A program made the position numbers and the translations under genes. Positions 32,164 through 33,465 of a stretch of DNA of 33,465 nucleotides are shown here, in pieces. The stretch lies in the IMG/VR virus record IMGVR_UViG_3300047275_000519, positions 1 to 33,465 of that record; one strand, 5' to 3'. This stretch comes from a virus (taxonomy: Duplodnaviria > Caudoviricetes). Each line of letters starts with the position of its first letter. Position 1 is the stretch's first letter. A model generated the notes under the pieces. It was not told where the DNA came from. It worked only from the letters and a program-made list of their open reading frames with translations, and did no database searches.

Positions 32164-32613
32164 ATGGAAAACGAGAACGGTACAGTCTCCATTAAGATGG
32201 AGTATGGATTCCCGGACCAAGACAGTGCATTGAAGGCATATGGTTCGCTTATGACGGCCATTGCTATGCTCAGGTCTTTTGGTAATAACACTCCACGATT
32301 TAGGCAGAATTATTCAGAGACCTTTGTTGGTGCTGAACTTGAGTACCAGGAACAGACTGGCGAATCAGCACACGCAGCAGCAGAGTGGACACACGAGATG
32401 CTCTTTGAGTACTTCTCTATCTTGCAGATGTGCATTTATCCATTGGCTTGCGCAGTTGCCAATACAGTTGGTGAGGACCAGCCGGATAAGGAACTGCTTC
32501 TCAATCCCAATGTTGACCGTGCGGAGAAGTCCTTCGCAGATATGAATACAGAGGAGGTGATGGCTGCTATTAATAACATCCTTAATAGCAATAAGAAGGA
32601 GGACATTCAGTGA
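32164..32613 (+). CDS. Hypothetical protein
   Basis: 149 aa from ATG 32164 (AGGAGGT RBS); an in-frame upstream ATG exists at 32080. Confidence 0.8.
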   Translation: MENENGTVSIKMEYGFPDQDSALKAYGSLMTAIAMLRSFGNNTPRFRQNYSETFVGAELEYQEQTGESAHAAAEWTHEMLFEYFSILQMCIYPLACAVANTVGEDQPDKELLLNPNVDRAEKSFADMNTEEVMAAINNILNSNKKEDIQ

Positions 32614-32834
32614 CAGATAGGGTATATTGTGACGGTACAACACACCGTGCAGTGTTGGAGTTCGTAACCTTTACTGAGGTTCCAGACTCTCATTCATCTG
32701 CGATTGTCGAAGGCACACTTGAACAGGTGCGTGAAACAGTTGCAGAACTCAAAGCAGAGCAGCCTGGTAGTACATCAGTCTATGTGGATTGGTGCTGCCA
32801 AGAGTGCAGAGTAGAGGAGGTATCTAATGGGTAG
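32610..32834 (+). CDS. Hypothetical protein (Cys/His possible metal site)
   Basis: 74 aa; AAGGAGG RBS; GTGA overlap; YCDGTTH...WCCQEC. Confidence 0.75.
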   Translation: MTDRVYCDGTTHRAVLEFVTFTEVPDSHSSAIVEGTLEQVRETVAELKAEQPGSTSVYVDWCCQECRVEEVSNG

Positions 32835-33288
32835 CTTCAAGGACATCGATGTTCTGCGCCGCAATCTTGAGCGTGCGCAGGGCTATACTGAGACAGCTCA
32901 GTATGAAGCCAGCACTGCAGCCAGTGAGGCCAGCGATGCTGAGGATAATATGCGCAGTGTATCAAGCGTGCTTGATAGTATTGTAGATGCACTCGATGAA
33001 GTCATCGGCTTCGACCCGCATGACGCAGAGATTGCAATGCGCAATATCAAAGTGATTAGCAAGGTACTTGATATGTACATTGCTCGTCTCGATGCGGTGC
33101 TTGAAGGCTCACATGATGAGAACGAGAAGCGATTTGCATATCTCGTTAGCATGATTGAGACCTTGACTTCATCCGATTCGTTCGGCAATACGATCTGGGA
33201 TACAGGTTATTATGTCGACACGCAATGGGTGGAGAACTCGTATCAATATGTAGTCAAACCAGTGAAGGAGGAGAATAACAATGGCTAA
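32827..33288 (+). CDS. Hypothetical acidic coiled-coil protein
   Basis: 153 aa; GAGGAGGT RBS. Confidence 0.8.
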   Translation: MGSFKDIDVLRRNLERAQGYTETAQYEASTAASEASDAEDNMRSVSSVLDSIVDALDEVIGFDPHDAEIAMRNIKVISKVLDMYIARLDAVLEGSHDENEKRFAYLVSMIETLTSSDSFGNTIWDTGYYVDTQWVENSYQYVVKPVKEENNNG

Positions 33289-33465
33289 GACAACCGATAA
33301 CAAGTGTGGTGCACCTAAACTCAAGGAACTTCCAGCTGAGTTCAATGAGCAGGTTAGCATTGAAGTACCAAGCGCATCTATTGTTGGCTTGATTATGGAG
33401 GCATCGCTTCCTGAACTGGCTAAGCGTATTGCCAAGGGTAATAGTTACAACAACAGTGTCAATGG
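33281..33465 (+). CDS. Hypothetical protein, truncated by the window end
   Basis: AGGAGGAG RBS, ATG 33281: MAKTTDNKCGAPKLKELPAEFNEQVSIEVP..., open to the edge. Confidence 0.75.
   Translation, partial: MAKTTDNKCGAPKLKELPAEFNEQVSIEVPSASIVGLIMEASLPELAKRIAKGNSYNNSVN

Larger units (their letters stand above)
1..33465. mobile_element. Tailed dsDNA bacteriophage (Caudoviricetes) genome fragment
   Basis: Terminase, portal, scaffold, major capsid, tail and holin-like genes in one co-oriented block with TAATG/TGATG/GTGA overlaps; divergent block of small ORFs; no cellular housekeeping genes. Confidence 0.97.

Noticed and set aside
1-33465. Stop-codon reassignment
   Set aside because: Standard code gives near-complete coding density, and TAA, TGA and TAG all end genes.

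Overview
This window is a 33.5-kb piece of a tailed dsDNA bacteriophage genome (standard genetic code; no host genes, tRNA, CRISPR or integrase seen). Bases 1-29686 form one tightly coupled minus-strand late/virion block. In transcription order it holds a 2761-aa polyvalent protein (ASCH-like, NADAR-like and SLOG-like domains, C-terminal Gly-rich hydrophobic segments), an HExxH metallopeptidase, a fibre-like protein, a putative small terminase, a holin, three tiny Lys/Arg-rich proteins, large terminase, portal, two large putative ejection proteins, scaffold, an N4-gp56-like major capsid, an adaptor, Dit-like and hub-like tail proteins, a small membrane protein and an HTH-DEDD exonuclease cut by the window edge. 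A divergent control region (about 29690-30100) is followed by plus-strand small early-type genes separated by three GC-rich, hairpin-dense intergenic segments. The most notable signals are: (1) a 16-nt motif GGTCTGCCCCCC(G/A)TAG present four times, ending each structured segment, 26-39 nt before a start codon in three copies, able to pair locally in every copy, and with a core complementary to the 16S rRNA EUB338/341F site; (2) the ASCH-NADAR-SLOG polyprotein coupled to a protease; (3) a 24-nt non-canonical late-promoter motif present twice; (4) a podovirus-like head with siphovirus-like tip proteins but no tail tube or tape measure gene in the window. All family calls are by-eye motif recognition, not database hits.
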